A program made the translations under genes and the position numbers. Below the pieces are notes generated by a model. That model searched no databases and had not been told where the DNA came from. It worked only from the letters and a program-made list of their open reading frames with translations. Shown piece by piece: positions 31,601 through 46,843 of a DNA stretch of 64,000 nucleotides. Origin of the DNA: a virus (Duplodnaviria > Caudoviricetes); IMG/VR virus record IMGVR_UViG_3300021431_000109, positions 15,017 through 79,016 of that record; one strand, given 5' to 3'. Positions within the stretch are counted from its first letter, which is position 1; every line of letters starts with the position of its first letter.

Positions 31601-34600
31601 TTTAGAAATAGGTTAAAGATGCGGTTAATTTTGACACAATATTTGCTACGGGCCGTGGTACCAAAACTCGTGAAAACGATAGAAATGAACTTATTCGTTA
31701 GCTCGCGAATGTTAATGCCGCAGATGAAAAAGCAGGTAAGACAATACGAGAAAATATTGCAAACTTATTTGTTGGTGGAGAAAATGCAGTAAATGCAGCC
31801 GCAGCAATTTATGAAGCACTTGGTAAATCATTTACTGCAGAAGATGCTAATAAATTTGCTCGTATGAATCTGTCTCAAGTTGATGCCGCGCGCGAAGCAT
31901 TAGATAATAATGTTGGCGATTATATTACTAAAGAAGCTGCTGCGCTTGGCGTAGCTGCTGGTTATTTTACTGTTTCTGAACCAAATTCTTAGGGCTTTGT
32001 TCAAATTCTTAAAAAGAATAAAGATAATTTAGAGCAAGCATTAAGGGAGTATTATCATGCTTTATTAGCTAATGGTGTACAAGACGTTGATAAATTAAAT
32101 GAAGCGATATTAGATATTTGGGAAGAGCAAGGTAATAAAGTATCTAGCCAAAATGATTTACTTTCTAAAGCTTCTGGAATGACTTTCCGTGAGTTTGGTG
32201 AAGGACTAGCCGCGATTGGTATTACTTTAACTGAAAATATGCTACAAGAGTATATTGATAGCGATTTAATTGAACAAATTGAAGGCACAAATCAAGTTAG
32301 AGTAGAAAATTTTGAAGCGTTCGCAAGACATATTGGTATTATAGATAGAAGTTCAAAACAATATCAAGATATGTATTCACAATTCGTTGATAGTGAAATT
32401 GAACGAACAACTTATATACAAGAATCAATATTATCTAGTGTTAATAATATTAGTAATGCGAAAGCCGGGGATAAAATAAATCTTTCTAAAGCTATAGCAT
32501 AGTTTGATAAAGCAACTTAGCTAGGCTTAGCGCAACGTTTAGAAACATATGGAGCTCAATATAAAGATGGTATTTTAACTATTGGTAATAATACAGATAT
32601 ATTTGGTATATCTGAAATGTTATTATAGCAGGCATCTACTCTAGGAGACAAAGTAGATACTGGAAAGATAGAAAGTGCTATGCTTGAGCTGCAAGATGCA
32701 ATTCAAGATGCAATTAAAAGTTTTGTGGACGCAATTGCTAGCGGTATCAATGGTGGTATTACTAATACTGGTCGCGCTGATTTAATTAGTTTCTCTGATA
32801 AATATTTAGGTGGAATACTTAGTAATGAAGATTTTGTATCAGCTGCTGATGGTATGAAGTTAACCACAGACGCTGCGATCAAATTATATAACGCTTTAAA
32901 AAATATTGAGGGCGTTGATGTAAGCGGCGTATTTGAAGGTTTATCTGAGTCTATTTTAAGTCGTGATAATATTGATACTATGGATGGCATTTTAGCTAAA
33001 ATAAAATAGCTATCTGAAGAAATCGCAGAAGCAGACCAGAAGGGCACTGCTGCGGCGCAGGCTAAAGCGGCTGCATTACGTGAAGAATTAAACCTATATC
33101 AAGAAATTGCAGTTGCGAATACAAATAATCCAGAAAGTTATAGTTTCATGGATAAAAAATTACCAGATGGTATGTAGGGGCCATTAAATTATTGGCAATC
33201 TACTGCACAGATGTTCCAAACAATGACGCAAAGCGCGCAAAGCGGTTATATGTCTGTGCAAGACTTTTATGCTATTGCGACAGAAATGGAGCATTTGTCT
33301 TAGATCTCTGGTAAAACCTTATCTTTCATGGGCATGTAGATTGGTGAAGGTGCCATGTCCGCAGCAGAAGTTATTGAAGCTGGTATGGGCAATCTTAGTA
33401 CTACTGCCGGACATGCGGGAGAAGTTAATTTAAAGGGTTTAGCTAGTTTTGGAATGAACTTGTCAATGAGCGCCGATGAAATGTCTGCTGGCGTAGAAGA
33501 TGGAATTCACGCCGCGGCGCAAGCTAATATTGACATGTTAGATGGCCTAATAGCCATTCTTGAAACCGTTGTGGCAATGGAAGGTTTATCTGATATTACT
33601 GGTGAAGATAATGATATTGATTTAAAAGATATTTTCCCACAATTAACATATGATGGCGCTGAAGGCCAAAAAGGCATTCAAGAAATTAGTAAACAATATC
33701 ATGATTGGGCAGTAGAATTCAATAAAAAAATACAGGAAAGTGAAGACTTTGAAAAAAAGTGCGAACAAATTATAATAGGGAATAAGAATTTAAAAGAAAT
33801 TATTCAAGACTCATCTGATGACATGCAAATTGATTTAGATGCAATTGGTTTAACTGCGGGGCAACTCACCGATGTTATGGAAGCTTTCCGACAATTAAAT
33901 GCAGCTGGTGGTTTTGACTCTGTTGATGACATGGCGGCTATGATGAAAACGCTTTCAAAGACGGGGGCAGAAATAACTGCTTATATGGGCGACCAAAAGG
34001 TTACATTAACAAAAGGTAAAGTATTAATTGCTACAAAGAACGAAAAAGGTGAATATGAATATACTATGCCAGATGGCACCACAAAGACAACAGATGTTAA
34101 TAAAATGCTATAGGCTTAGGTATAGGCAGATTTACAAAAAGACGTTGAGGCGATTAATGCTGGTCGGGATAAAGATTTAATTATTTAGAATAAAGATAAA
34201 ACTTATTCCGTAAGTATTGCCGGAGCAACATATAAATTAGGAGTTAATGAAAAAGGAAATTATGTATTTGAAGGATTAGGTGGCAAAGAATATAGTACAA
34301 TTGATTAGGCTATGCCAGATCTATTAGCTTCATGGATGGAAAAATATGGATAGGGCACGACACACGCTGCTTCCGGTATGGCGTTTTCAAATATGGAAAC
34401 TTGGCAGTTACGCCTTGCTTTGGGCATAGATGTAGTACCAACTATTACTAATGCTGATCAGTTAACTCCAGAAATGCTAAGCCGTATTGTATCTAAAGGA
34501 TATAAAAATGTAGATTAGTTGACTGGGAAAGAATTAGAATTAGGTTTTTCAATAAATCCTAAAGATTTAAGTTCTAACTAGAAAAAAGATATAGAAGCTG

Positions 34601-37600
34601 CGATTGCAAATTATAATAATTTAATTATTACGCCTGAAGTCGCACCAATTAATGCCGATGATATTAAAGTTGAAGGCGCTATTCATGTCTTCGCTGTTAT
34701 TGAGGGCTTCGTTGGCGCTGATGGAAAAATTAATTTACGTAGTAATAGCGGTTCTGGATATACACAAGTAGCAGAAGGCGCTAATTTAAGAGAAGTTTTA
34801 GATTATTCTAACGAAGATGACAAAAAATGGTAGGAATTTTATGCTAATGACGAATGGGTTCGAGAGCGCTATGCACCAAGTGGGGCAGATTATCGGACAA
34901 CGATTGGATAGACTGAGGGTTTAAATCTTTATAAACGCGCATAGGCAGGAGATTCAAAATTATCGTCTGTCGAGTTAAGTGCTGCGGAAGCTTATGGAAA
35001 ACAATTTGTATAGCCAATATAGGATTTTTTACAATCTGAAGACTATCAAAGTGTTGCTCAAAAAGCTGAAAAATAGGTACAAGAATCACGTAAATAGTGG
35101 GAAAAAGAGCACGGATTATCTGATACAAATTATAATTTTAGAAATAATACGTGGTATAAAGAAGGATATGATGTACCCGAAGGATAGGATAAAAATTTAG
35201 TTGAACGATATAAGGATGCCTTACGTGCTAGTGGGGAATTGACTAAAGTAATGGCAAAGATCCGAGAATAGGCTAGCAGTTCTGGAACATTTGATGCGGA
35301 GCGTTATTATTCGCGTTTAATTACAGAAGCCAAGCTTTGGGATAATCAAGAACAAGCAAGATTAAAACCAGAACAAGCAACTGAGACCTAGACCGCGGTA
35401 GAAGCTGCAAATACCGCGATGAAGGAACTTACTGGCACAGTCGATGGTACTACAACTGCATTAACTGATCTTACTAGTGCTTTAGGAACAGTTGCTAAAC
35501 AATTTACCAATGGTTTTACTGATGAAATATTTAAAATTTTAGTTAAGTCTGGAGTTTTGCCTGAAGACAAAATTAAAGTGAATAACGCTTTAATTGGCGG
35601 TTTATCAGAGTATTTATTAAATCTTGTTAAAGAAATTAAAAATTCTAATGAAGCCCCCGAAGAAACTATGCCAGAGCCTACTAAATTAACAAATACTAAG
35701 CCAACTTCTGAACGAGGGGACTTATCACTTAGTCAAGAGTCGCCATCTCTGTTAACCGATAAGCAAAAACATACTAAATTATTAGAATAGTTAGAAACTT
35801 AGCGTACAACAGCTGAACAAGCAAAAATTGACGCAGAAGCGCTTTTGATACAAATTCAAGGAATACAAGCTGAAATTTAGAGTCTTATTGATGGAGTTGG
35901 CGAAAAAATAAATGTGGAAACGGCAGCTAAAATCGCAGAATTATAGGCTCAAGCAAATTAGCTATAGAAAGGTTTAGAGAGTGAAACCGCTAAGGCGTAG
36001 GCTGCGGCGGATGGTGCAACTGCAGCTGCAAATGAATTAGCAGGAATAAAAAGTGTATCTGAAAAAGATGCCGCGGCGGCCGCATAGTCTGCCGAAGATG
36101 CTCAAACCGCCGCGAACTCCGCAGCAGATTCATTAGCCAATGTAAACACCGCTGTTGAAAAAATAAATACGTTGGTTAATTAGGCAGCGGAGGCTCAAGC
36201 TTTATTTATATAGCAGAATTTAACTCCTAAAGTAGACGCAGAAGGAGAAATAACAGAGCATGGGATGCTTTCTGGTATTGCAGTTTTAGGTAATACTGAT
36301 TTATAGGGACTTATAGATGAAGCTATAAATAGTGGAATTACAGGAGAACGTGAAGAGATTGGAGCTTAGATATTTGAAGAAGCATTAAAGTCTAATCCAG
36401 ATCTTCAGATAGGCCCAGATATACAAGGAGTATATAGACAAGCTATTGAAGAAGTATTAGCTACATTATATCAAACAGATTAGTATATTAAACAGCAAGA
36501 AGAAGCAAGAAAGAAAGAAGAAGAACAAAATTAGTTAAGGTAGAAAAAATAGTCAGAAACAGAAGAAAGTCGAGAATATAATGATGTTGAAAAATATGCT
36601 AATGATAAACGTGCTGAATTAAATAGATTATATGGCAATACTTCTATGTTCGCTAGCGCGTACAATTTTTAGAATTTGGAGAATATAAAAGACGCTTGGA
36701 ATAATTTTATTGCTGAGAATACTGCGGTATTATCATATTTTTCTGAAGATGAGATTGAAAATCTTTTAAAAGAATATTATAATAATCTTTAGGAATAGGC
36801 TAAACAAGCGGGCATTGTTGCTACTGGGGAAGAAACTGAAATAGAAGTAGGGAAAGAAACGTTGGTAGAACATAATGAATAGTCAACTGTCGTAGAATAG
36901 CCAGAGCAAGTAGAAGTTAAAGCTGATGATGTTACATTATAGACAAATTAGATGTCTAATGTAGCAGAAACGCCTTCTGAGTCACTAAAATATTCTGACA
37001 TTTTTGAAAGTAATGCTGAATATGCAGCGCTTGTTCATGATTTAGCATCTCAGTTTAATAGAACTAAAAAATTAGATTCAGCAGATTTAGATGCAGATTA
37101 CTTAAAAGAGATGCAAGAAATGGCCAATGGCTCTCTTAATACATTTATTCAAGATTTAGTCACGGATTTAAATGAACTTGGAAACACCGACTGGTCAGTA
37201 GAAGATATTACTGCTCGTTTTTAGCAAATTCAACAAGTCGGAAGCACCATTTCTGATGCAGGCGCGGCCGCTGCCGGCGCAGCGCCTAAATTTAGTGCTG
37301 CGACTAGCGCATTAGCTAATGTGCCAAGTAATGTAAAAATTGATCTTACTATTACTCCTCATGTTATAGGCCAGGGCGCGGATGTGGATACAATAGTTTC
37401 AGCAAAAGGTAATATGGCTTTAGCTGCTGGTACCCGTACATTAATGGGTGAACTTGGTCCAGAACTTGTAGTTTCTAATGGTCAATATTTCCTTGCAGGA
37501 CAAAATGGTGCGGAATTTGTTGATTTAGCAAAAGACGCGATTGTATTTAATCATATTCAAACTAAACGCTTATTATCTAATGGTTCAAGCGGACGTGGTA

Positions 37601-39900
37601 CACCATTAACCAATGAACGTAATGCTACTTCAATGGCAACTGGTAATGTACGCGGTCCAGCGAAAGCATCTGCTCAAGCGGCTCTTGATTAGTTATATGC
37701 TATGCGTGCGATGTGGGAGTCTCTTCGCGACGCTAAACTTTCCGACTTAGCTAAGAAAGGCGGCGGCGGAGGAGGTGGCGGAGGAAATAAAGAAATCCCC
37801 GGCTTTATCCGTGATGTTGAACGCTGGTACAATTGGTTATAGAAGATTGCTGATCTTGAAAAACAAATTACTTATCAAGAGCAATTAAGAAGAAAAATTC
37901 AATCTGATATGATTTCTAATGGTAAAGCATATTATGCTAGTCAAAAACAATCATATGAAGAATTAAGACTATCTGCGATTACAAGTGAATCACTTTACTT
38001 ATCATAGAAAGATTACTTCGAGCAGCGCCGTGCACAGCTTAATAGTGAAGAATCTCCATTAAGTCAATTATATACATTTGATGAAAGTGGACAATTACAT
38101 TTCAAAGATAAATCATATGAATGGTTGGCTGATTTATTCAAAACTGGTGATTACGGTAATTTAGATAAAACGCCAAAACAGCAATATGAAGAAATCTTAC
38201 GCATGAATCCAGCATTTGCTTAGTTTATGCAATATGATGAGTCTGGTAAGAAAATTGATAAAAAAGACTATAAGAGCGATGATGAATATTATCTAGCAAT
38301 GGTAAAGGCTTTTTCTGATAGAATGGATGCTGAATAGAAAGAAATGTAGGGATTATTTGATTCTCTACATGAACAAGAGCAAGCCGTTCTTGAATAGATG
38401 CAAGCTATGAATGAATAGCTACAAGCTATGAAAGATAATCAGAAAGAGGTCGAGGAATCGGTCTTAAAGGCTATTGAAGAATCTCGTCAACGTTAGATTG
38501 ATGAGATGAAAGATACCAGGGAAGCCATTCAAAAGACTAATGAGGACTTTATTGACGGTTTAAATAAGTCTCTTGAAAAAGAACGTCAAATGTATGAGGA
38601 TACGTAGAAAGATTAGGAATTAGAGCGTAATCGTAGATAGCTTGCAATTCTAAAACGTTCTGGTGCATCCGCTTCATAGATTGCTCAATTGCAGGAGAAA
38701 GTTGATCAATAGGCTCGTGATTAGTATTTTGATAAGCAGCAAGAGCAAATTGACGCGGTTAAAGAAGCATCTGATTTATAGCTTGAAAAAATGGACTTAC
38801 AAATTGAACTTGCACAAGAGCAATTAGATTATGAAAAAGCGCATGGACTGCTTTGGGGTCAAGTTTATGATGTAATGGCCAAAACCCCACAAGAAATTGC
38901 TGATTTTATAACTTCTTATACAGCTGAATATTGGGAAAAATCACCGCTATCTTCTGCAGAAGATAGTGCCGAGATTCTATTTAAAGCTGAGCAATGGTCT
39001 GCTTTCCGCGATGACATTGGAATGCAAGAAGCATCACTTGGTAAGATTAATTAGAATTTAGATATTTTCTTAGCTGCTATGAAAGAAATTCATGGCAAGG
39101 ATGCTAAATGGGATGAAATTGAGAAAACCGCGAAAGCTAAATATGAAAATTTATTTGGTGGAAACAATGATGATCCTGGCATTACCGCATGGCAAGCCTA
39201 TCAAAGCGCTACTGAACTTGCTACTAAGCCTGCAACTCCTACTGGTGGCAGTGGCGCTGGGACTACTACTGGTAGTGGCTCTGGTAGCGGTAGAACGGGT
39301 CTAGAAAAAACCTGGTATCATGATAAAGATAAGCATTGGCAACGTTACTGGAAAGATGGAAAGTGGAGTAAGTATAATGAGGGTCCACATACGCCAGGTC
39401 CCGCGAAAGTCGGTGAAAATGTTAAATGTACAGTTTGTGGTCGTGTATTAGGATTTAAATTTAAGGAAGATTCAGAAAAACAAGCTCATCCTGCTCTTAG
39501 TCCAGATAATACAGAACACAAATATATATATGGAAATGATTATGCTGTCGCGGCGAAGGGTGGTATCATTGATTAGACAGGTCCCGCAATGTTACATGGT
39601 ACTCCATTTGAACCCGAAGCGGTTTTAAATGCCCAAGATTATAAAGATTGGAAGAATCAAATTAAAACGACAACATTACTTTATAATGCTTTATCTAGTG
39701 TTCATTCTGCTTAGGCTGGGTTAGCATCTATTTCAAATTATACTAATAATGAGCCTGGTGTTAATATTGAAAATGCTGTTGTTAATATGAATACTACAAT
39801 AGCTAATGATTATGACGCACGTCGTGCCGGCGAACAAGCATTAGAGCAAATGCTTACAATTGCTCGTAAATCTGGTACTCGTAGTGCTCAAAGGAGGTAA
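22660..39900 (+). CDS. Giant tape measure protein, ~5,746 aa (TAG=Gln)
   Basis: The longer plus-strand track fragments from 22621 to 39576 share one frame; stretches I read between them contain TAG but no TAA/TGA; TP901-type TMP core at 23899-24747; ends TAA 39900. Confidence 0.85.
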
Positions 39901-39905
39901 AAGGA

Positions 39906-41684
39906 ATGAGAGATTATGGATATGTAAATGGGAACGTCATAGACGTTCCTAATTATTCAGATACAAAATATACGCAAGTATATATGGCAACACATAAAGG
40001 GGAAGGCGCGACATCGCGCCTTCCCTTCATGGAGCGTTCATTTATAAGCTTTACTTTTGGTGGAAAAAGTATAGAAGATTTTAATTTAATTGCTACTATT
40101 AGCGGCGATAGGATGGAACGTTCGGGTTATTCTACTTTTGAAGATTTAACATCAGAATACGAAGTACTAGATGGCCATTTTTATTGGGGCACACATTATA
40201 CTAATCATGAACTGACATTTGATTTAGCTACTGACGCGATTACATAGAATGAGTTAGATCATTTTTTACATTGGTTTCAACCAGGTAAAATTCGTGAATT
40301 AATATTATCTGAGCATCCAAATCGCGCGATTGAAGCGCGCGTTAGTGCGGCGCCAGAATTACATTTACTTCCTTTTGAAGAAAAAGTTACTAAAAAAATT
40401 GGTGATTAGGAATATAAAACCAGCACTACATTATATAAAGGTGAAATTACTTTAACATTTGTAATGGAAGAGCCATATTGGTATTCAAAAATTAATATTT
40501 TTGGCTATTATAATAAAGATACTGGCGTTTTTCATGATGTTTGGACAGACGCAAATGGCAAAGAAGTAAGTATTTTTAATGACCCCGATGCTATTAAAAT
40601 TGCTCTGGAAGATAATATTCCTATTGCTAGTATGATTGATGCTTCTATGTTATTGGGTGATAATACTTTTGCTGACGCAGATACAAGTAAAGATGCGATG
40701 ACAGCCGATATAGAGATTGATGAAAATATAAAATACATAGAGCTTACAGACGAAAATAATGAAAAATATTATGAATTAGATTATGAGAGTATGGGCGGCA
40801 CACAGGAAGCAATTGACGCATTAATTCCACCTAATTCTCGTATAGCTATTACAAAATTTGATGGCGGTGAAGAAATTTGGCTTTACGGTGCGCGCTTGTC
40901 CGGTGCGGTTATGAGTGAAAGTTCAGGCATAGAAAATTTTGCTGAAAATGAAAGCCAATATTTTTATTATGCTGGTAATGCTCCATCTCATCCTACAATT
41001 GAATTTACTTTAACTCCTACATTTGATGAGAATGGCTATATAAATAGTCCTAAAAACAGTTATGTCGAAGGAACGCCATATAATACAATTACGTTTGAAA
41101 GTTTAACTAAGAAAGAACTTCAATTCACTACTCCAAGTGTATATACTGGTTATAATCAAGTTATAAAAATTTTACATGATGCACCAAGTACAAAAGCATG
41201 GGTAGATATAAGAAAACAAATTCGTAATAATGTGAACCACGCTGCTGCACGCGCGTGGGCAAATAAGGTTATTGATAGCTTTGATACTTCAACAATAGGC
41301 GAAAATCGTTAGGATGCTGTAAATCGCATGAAATGGTTTTTATTAGATCAAAACAGTAACGCGCTTTCTTCGCGCTTTATTATTAATAGTAAAACTGGTC
41401 GCGCGATAGGTGAAATGAAATATCGCGTACCTGATAATCAAGAAACAATAGAGAATTGGAATACTTATAGAGTTGATTCTTTAACTGTACATGAAGAAGA
41501 TGTTGGAGATATGATACGGTCCAATTACTTGATTATAGAAGATTAGAATTAGCCGCGAGATGGGAAAATTGTTGCTTGGAGTAACGTTTCAGAAGATACA
41601 AGATTGAATTCACATGTTGTGCGACATGATGTTTCTGGCGGCTTAAAAAATGTATTTATTAAATACTAGAATATGTATCTATAA
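39906..41684 (+). CDS. Distal tail (Dit)-like protein with insertion, 592 aa (TAG=Gln)
   Basis: Directly after TMP; SFTFGGKSIEDFNL N-terminus and FVMEEPYWYS motif typical of Dit. Confidence 0.7.
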
Positions 41685-41705
41685 TGAGTAAAAAGGAGGA
41701 ATACT

Positions 41706-44700
41706 ATGGTAAGCAAAAGAACGATTAAAATAGATGAAGAACAAGTTGCTATCCGTAGTTATGAAGTTTCTATTTGGTCCCTTCAAGACAGTTTTATAAC
41801 TGTCTTGAAGTGGGCTGAGAGAGATAATAGAGGATAGATTCAACAACCGGAAATGGTATTGGATATAGATGGTACGGAAAATTTTAAGTTTTCTATCCCA
41901 ATGTATTTACATCCTGGTGAAGAAAATCCCGCGTGGCATAATACATTAAATGGTAATTTAATGATTGGAATGCGGAAGATTAAGGTTATTTTAAATAAAA
42001 CATTAGCAGATGAACATGTTTTTGAGTTTTTAATTACGAAAGTAACTGAACGACATGAAGCTGATTAGCTATTCTGTGATGTTGAGTGTGAAGGACTTGC
42101 GTTTCATGAATTGGGGAAAACTGGTTATAAAGTAGTACTTTCATAGGATGAATATGATATAGATAATAATGAATGGTTTGAAGGCGATTAGGTTAAGGAA
42201 CAGCCATTACCTACAATAGACTATTGGAATAAAAAAACAGACTTTTTATTACCCTATACCGAGAATGAAAATAGTATAAAACCAAACAAATGGTATTATA
42301 AAGTAGAAATGAACTGGGCTTCGTATGAAGGTGGCCAAACTCGTGATCCAGAAAAAGTATATGAAGATGAGTATGTTTCTTCTTGGAAAATAGATGATGC
42401 CTCTGGCATATTGGTTCCAGCCGCGGTTGAAGCACTAAAAGAAAAATTGCGCATCGTTGAAATTAAAGAAAGCAATATATATAATATCACACAGAAAATT
42501 GCCGAAGCATTTGGCGTTTTTTGTAGATATGAATATGGCTATGACGCTAATTATCATATTATTTCACGCACAGTTGTCTATTATAATAATTTTATAGAAG
42601 AAGATAAAGGACATATGGATTTAACATATCCCTATCATACTTCTGAAATTACGCGTGAAATGGATAGCACGGAATTAGTTACTAAATTATTTGTACGTCC
42701 AATTGATGCTGAATATGGCGCTTCTAATGAATTAGGTATCAATGATGTTGAAGCAAATAAAAGTCGCGAAGATTATATTTTAAATTTTGATTATTTACAT
42801 AAATTTAATATTATTACTGATGAATAGTATGCGGCGATAGCAGAATATGAATAGGCGCTACATGAGAGAAATGTTGCATATTCAAAATTATATGCGGAAC
42901 GTATGAATTTAGAAAACCGTATTACTGATTATGAAGCTAAAATTGCTGTTGAAAAAACTGGCCTTGATGCCGCGAATGAACAGTGGAATACAGCATAGAG
43001 TCATATTAAAGCTTTGCCTGGGCAAGAGGAATTAATTACCATTCCACAGAATGCCCCTAAATCTGTATTAGTATTAGAAAGTCCAGAATATGGTAAATAT
43101 ATTAAAATGCCGGTTAATGGCATTGCGGCTAATACTGTAAAAATATACTTTGGTGTTCTTGATTATACTAAAAAGGGAAAAGAGTTGGAAGAATCAGAAA
43201 GCGCTGTTTTGGTAACTGGTGGTGTTCCAGACTTTGATGAATATAATGATTTAGTACGTATTATAAAATTACCTGATAAAGTTACCGTTGGTGATGTTAC
43301 ATCTGAGTTAAAGCCGTCTGTATGGCTTACATGTAAATATATGCCTGATACATATTGGACTACGGTGCGAGATGTTTGGGATAGACGTAGAACGGATATT
43401 GAAAAATAGTTAAAAAAGCATCAAAATACATTAGCAAGTTTATAGAGCGAATTAGAGAGAAAGATCGAGCAATTAAATACTCTAGATAAAGAAATGAGAA
43501 CCATACGTCAAGATTTTAATGAAATGATGGGACCAGCATTGCGCGAAGGCTATTGGCAATCTGATGACCATTAGGATTATGGCGATAAATATTTAGCTAC
43601 ATTTGGTACTTCTAATGATTATGAATAGGGAAAATTAGCATATCATGTGCTAGATACTAACGCTTATGATAACAATAATACAATTAATTATTATATTGGC
43701 GATATTGATAGTGATGAGCAAAAACAATATTTAATTATTAGAATTAACGCTGATGATAGCTTATTAACTAACATTAATACAAACTATGATAAATTATATT
43801 TTGTATATAATGATGTATAGGGAGTTAGTCAATATTTTGATTTGGTTGCTGCTACTGAAAAAGCGGTAGAAGAAGCAGCCGGTGATGCTTCACGCATCGC
43901 GGCGATTAGGAAAGCCGCGGAGACAGAGTTAGCTAATTATAAGCGTAATGCTCAACGTTTAATAAAATTAGATGGGAGTTGTCGTTTAACTTATGCTTGT
44001 ACTGCGAGAGAAAGCAACCCGTTTTTAGCTTTAGTTATAGAAGCAAGTAAAACTATGTCTAACGAATAGATTTAGTTTTTTACATCTGATGAACTTTATA
44101 ATGATCCAAAATACGCCGAATTTCAATCTAAATTTGGTGCTGTTACTTTTACAGAAGAAAACGAAGTAATGACCGGAGACTTTTCAATTGAAACATGGTT
44201 TGACATTACCGCAAATTCTTATATTACTAGCGGCGCGGTAGAAGCATATAAGCGTATTATTATAGATGCTCTAACACTAAAGCCCGGCGAAAATTAGTTA
44301 TAGATTAAATTAGGAAATAATTTATTAAAAGCATATGAAGACTATAATGTTTATATTGAAAAAGATAAGCGGGACTCTGAGGAAGATAGGCACGATAAAT
44401 ATATAATTGATATTAAGCCGCGTGCCTTTATTGCCACAGAAATGCTTAACCCGCCTATTTCAATTAAATATGAATTGTCTAATGCGGATATATTATTATA
44501 TTTGGATGCTTTATAGGTGGCGAAAGAAAATTCCGAACCAAAAGTATCCTATTCAATACAATTAAGTTTATACGACCCATATATTATTCATAATATATAT
44601 GAAAAAATGGCAAAAATTGTACATATTAATGATGTACAATTAAAGTTTGAAAACGTATAGGGTTATATTTCACATATAGAAATGAATCTCGATAAACCTT

Positions 44701-46802
44701 GGGAAGATAGTATTGAGATTAAAAATTATAAAACTAAGTTTGAAGATTTGTTTAGTAATATTGTGGCGCAAACTGACGCAATGTAGAAAAAGAGCCACGG
44801 ATACGATGTCGCGGCTTTGGCTTTTGGCGAAGATGGAAATCTAACATCTGAAGCGGTTATAAAAATGTTAGATGCAAATGCGCCATTGTTTGATACATAT
44901 ATAGATGAGCATTTAACAGATAATATAATCATTAAAAACACTTTAACTAGTATTTTTAATGAAGCCGGTTCTATTCTAAATAGCGCAGGCAACGCATTAG
45001 CTGATATGCGCGCAATTACTGGAACAAATGCAAGCATATTGTCTGACTTTGCAAAGAGCGCCGAAGAAGGTTTTGGTCGCGGAATTGATTTAGTTTCTTC
45101 TGTAGATGGATAGTATACTTCTGCAGTACAAATTAATAATCGCGGTATTTTTATTGGCTCTGATTAGTAGATTTCTTTATACTCTGGCGTAATTGGAGAC
45201 AGTAGCGGCACATCTATTGATTTAAATCCGAAGAGATTAATTTTAGGTGTTTCTTCTGATTCTAATGGCACCGCCGCGAAATTTACAGAAAAGTATTTGG
45301 TGCTTGCAGCGGGTGATATTATCGCCGCGAATGAAGCATCGACAAATAATGAAGATAAAGTGAATGTCGGCGTAACTGGCACAATTAATGGCTTGACTGG
45401 CGCGAAGCTTACCAAGGATTCTATTGGTTTTGCTACTTATGATGGTAGTACAATTAATGCTGTTTTAATGAATGATAAAGGCATTACTTTAGGAAGTGGC
45501 ACGGTTGATCCTGTTGGCACGGAGAATAGAAAAATAGGTATTGACCTTAATAGTAATACTTAGACTCTTCGTAATAATAATAACACTGTTACTGGCGCAT
45601 CATATGTCCGTATTTCTGGCGCTGGTATTGATATTGGTTCTGGTGGAGAATTATATGTTAATACAAATAATTTTGTTGTTAATTCTAATGCTGGTATAGG
45701 TGAAGATATTTTTGTATTAAAGAAAGCGGATGGCAACGGTGGCTATGAAAAGGCGCTAACTTATAATATTTAGGACGGCTTAACTATTAACGGTCGAATT
45801 TCTGCGCAAAGTATGGTTATTGGCGACTCTACTGCGGGAAATCAATCACTTAGTAGCTGGGTTAACGCAAAAGTAACACCAGAGGCTATTTGGCTGGGTG
45901 TAGTTAGACACACTACGGGTAATAATAATGCTACTATTGGAAGTGGGACTAGTTTATCTATTACTGATGATAGTTTTTTAATTGCTAGTACCGGAACTCT
46001 TAGTGTAGATACTTCTAATGTCATTATTAATACCGCGGCGACAGAAAATAATGCTATTTTTAGAATAGGCGGGACTGGTGAAAACTATAAACTTTTATAT
46101 AGTGAAAATGCTGGTTTGAAAATAAAAGGCGAGATAGCAGCAACCGCTGGTAATTTAGGTGGCTGGATATTGGGTGAACATAAGTTATATAGTGGCTCAG
46201 GAACAAATTATGTTGCTTTAGATAGCGGGACTTCTAATGAAGGTTATGCTCTATGGGCAGGAAATGGTACATCAGGTTCCGCACCATTTGCTGTTATGCG
46301 TAATGGTTAGGTGTATTTAAATAAATTAATGGTATTAGATCCAGATAAGACATTGCCTGGTGATCATGTACAAAAAGGTGACGAGTGGTTTACTGCAATT
46401 GATTTTTCACGTCTAAATTTTAAGTAGGCCGTTTCAGCGACTGGCAGTTGGAGCGGCTCGGATTTTAATGTAAAAGTCAGTTTATGGGGAGTATTAGACA
46501 AAACCATTAATATGTCCGCCTCTTTTGATGTAAAAAGCGGTTCAATTAGTAGTGTAGGTGGAGATGAAGGAGACGATTGCCCAGCTACTGCGACTGCAGA
46601 ATTAAGAGTCGGAGAGGCCGCTACCTCAATTACTTCAGATACTTTTTAGATAGATGCAAGTGTGGTTTATAAAGTTGGTTGGAATGCTTGTAGAAATGCG
46701 ATGCTAAGTTCTGGATGGACGTTTTATTATTATGAAAAAGGTTCTGATGATGACTATTATTCTAGATCAAGAACTATTTATAACGTGCCATCAGCGAAAT
46801 AA
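41706..46802 (+). CDS. Tal/tail-spike or receptor-binding protein, 1,698 aa (TAG=Gln)
   Basis: Position after Dit; gp27-like hub region, coiled coil, Gly/Ser/Thr-rich beta C-terminus (AGNLGGWILG); one frame to TAA. Confidence 0.7.
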
Positions 46803-46841
46803 AAAAGGCCCCTCTCAAAATATGAGAGGGGCTTATTTTTT
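46801..46841. terminator. Bidirectional terminator between convergent structural and replication blocks
   Basis: AAAAAA-GGCCCCTCTCA-AAATA-TGAGAGGGGCT-TATTTTTT. Confidence 0.85.
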
Positions 46842-46843
46842 AT

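Noticed and set aside
37758-37790. GGC/GGA repeat as a phase-variable tract
   Set aside because: It is an in-frame Gly linker within the TMP; length changes would not shift the frame.
41706-46802. Diversity-generating retroelement target
   Set aside because: No template/variable repeat pair or reverse transcriptase was seen in the window.
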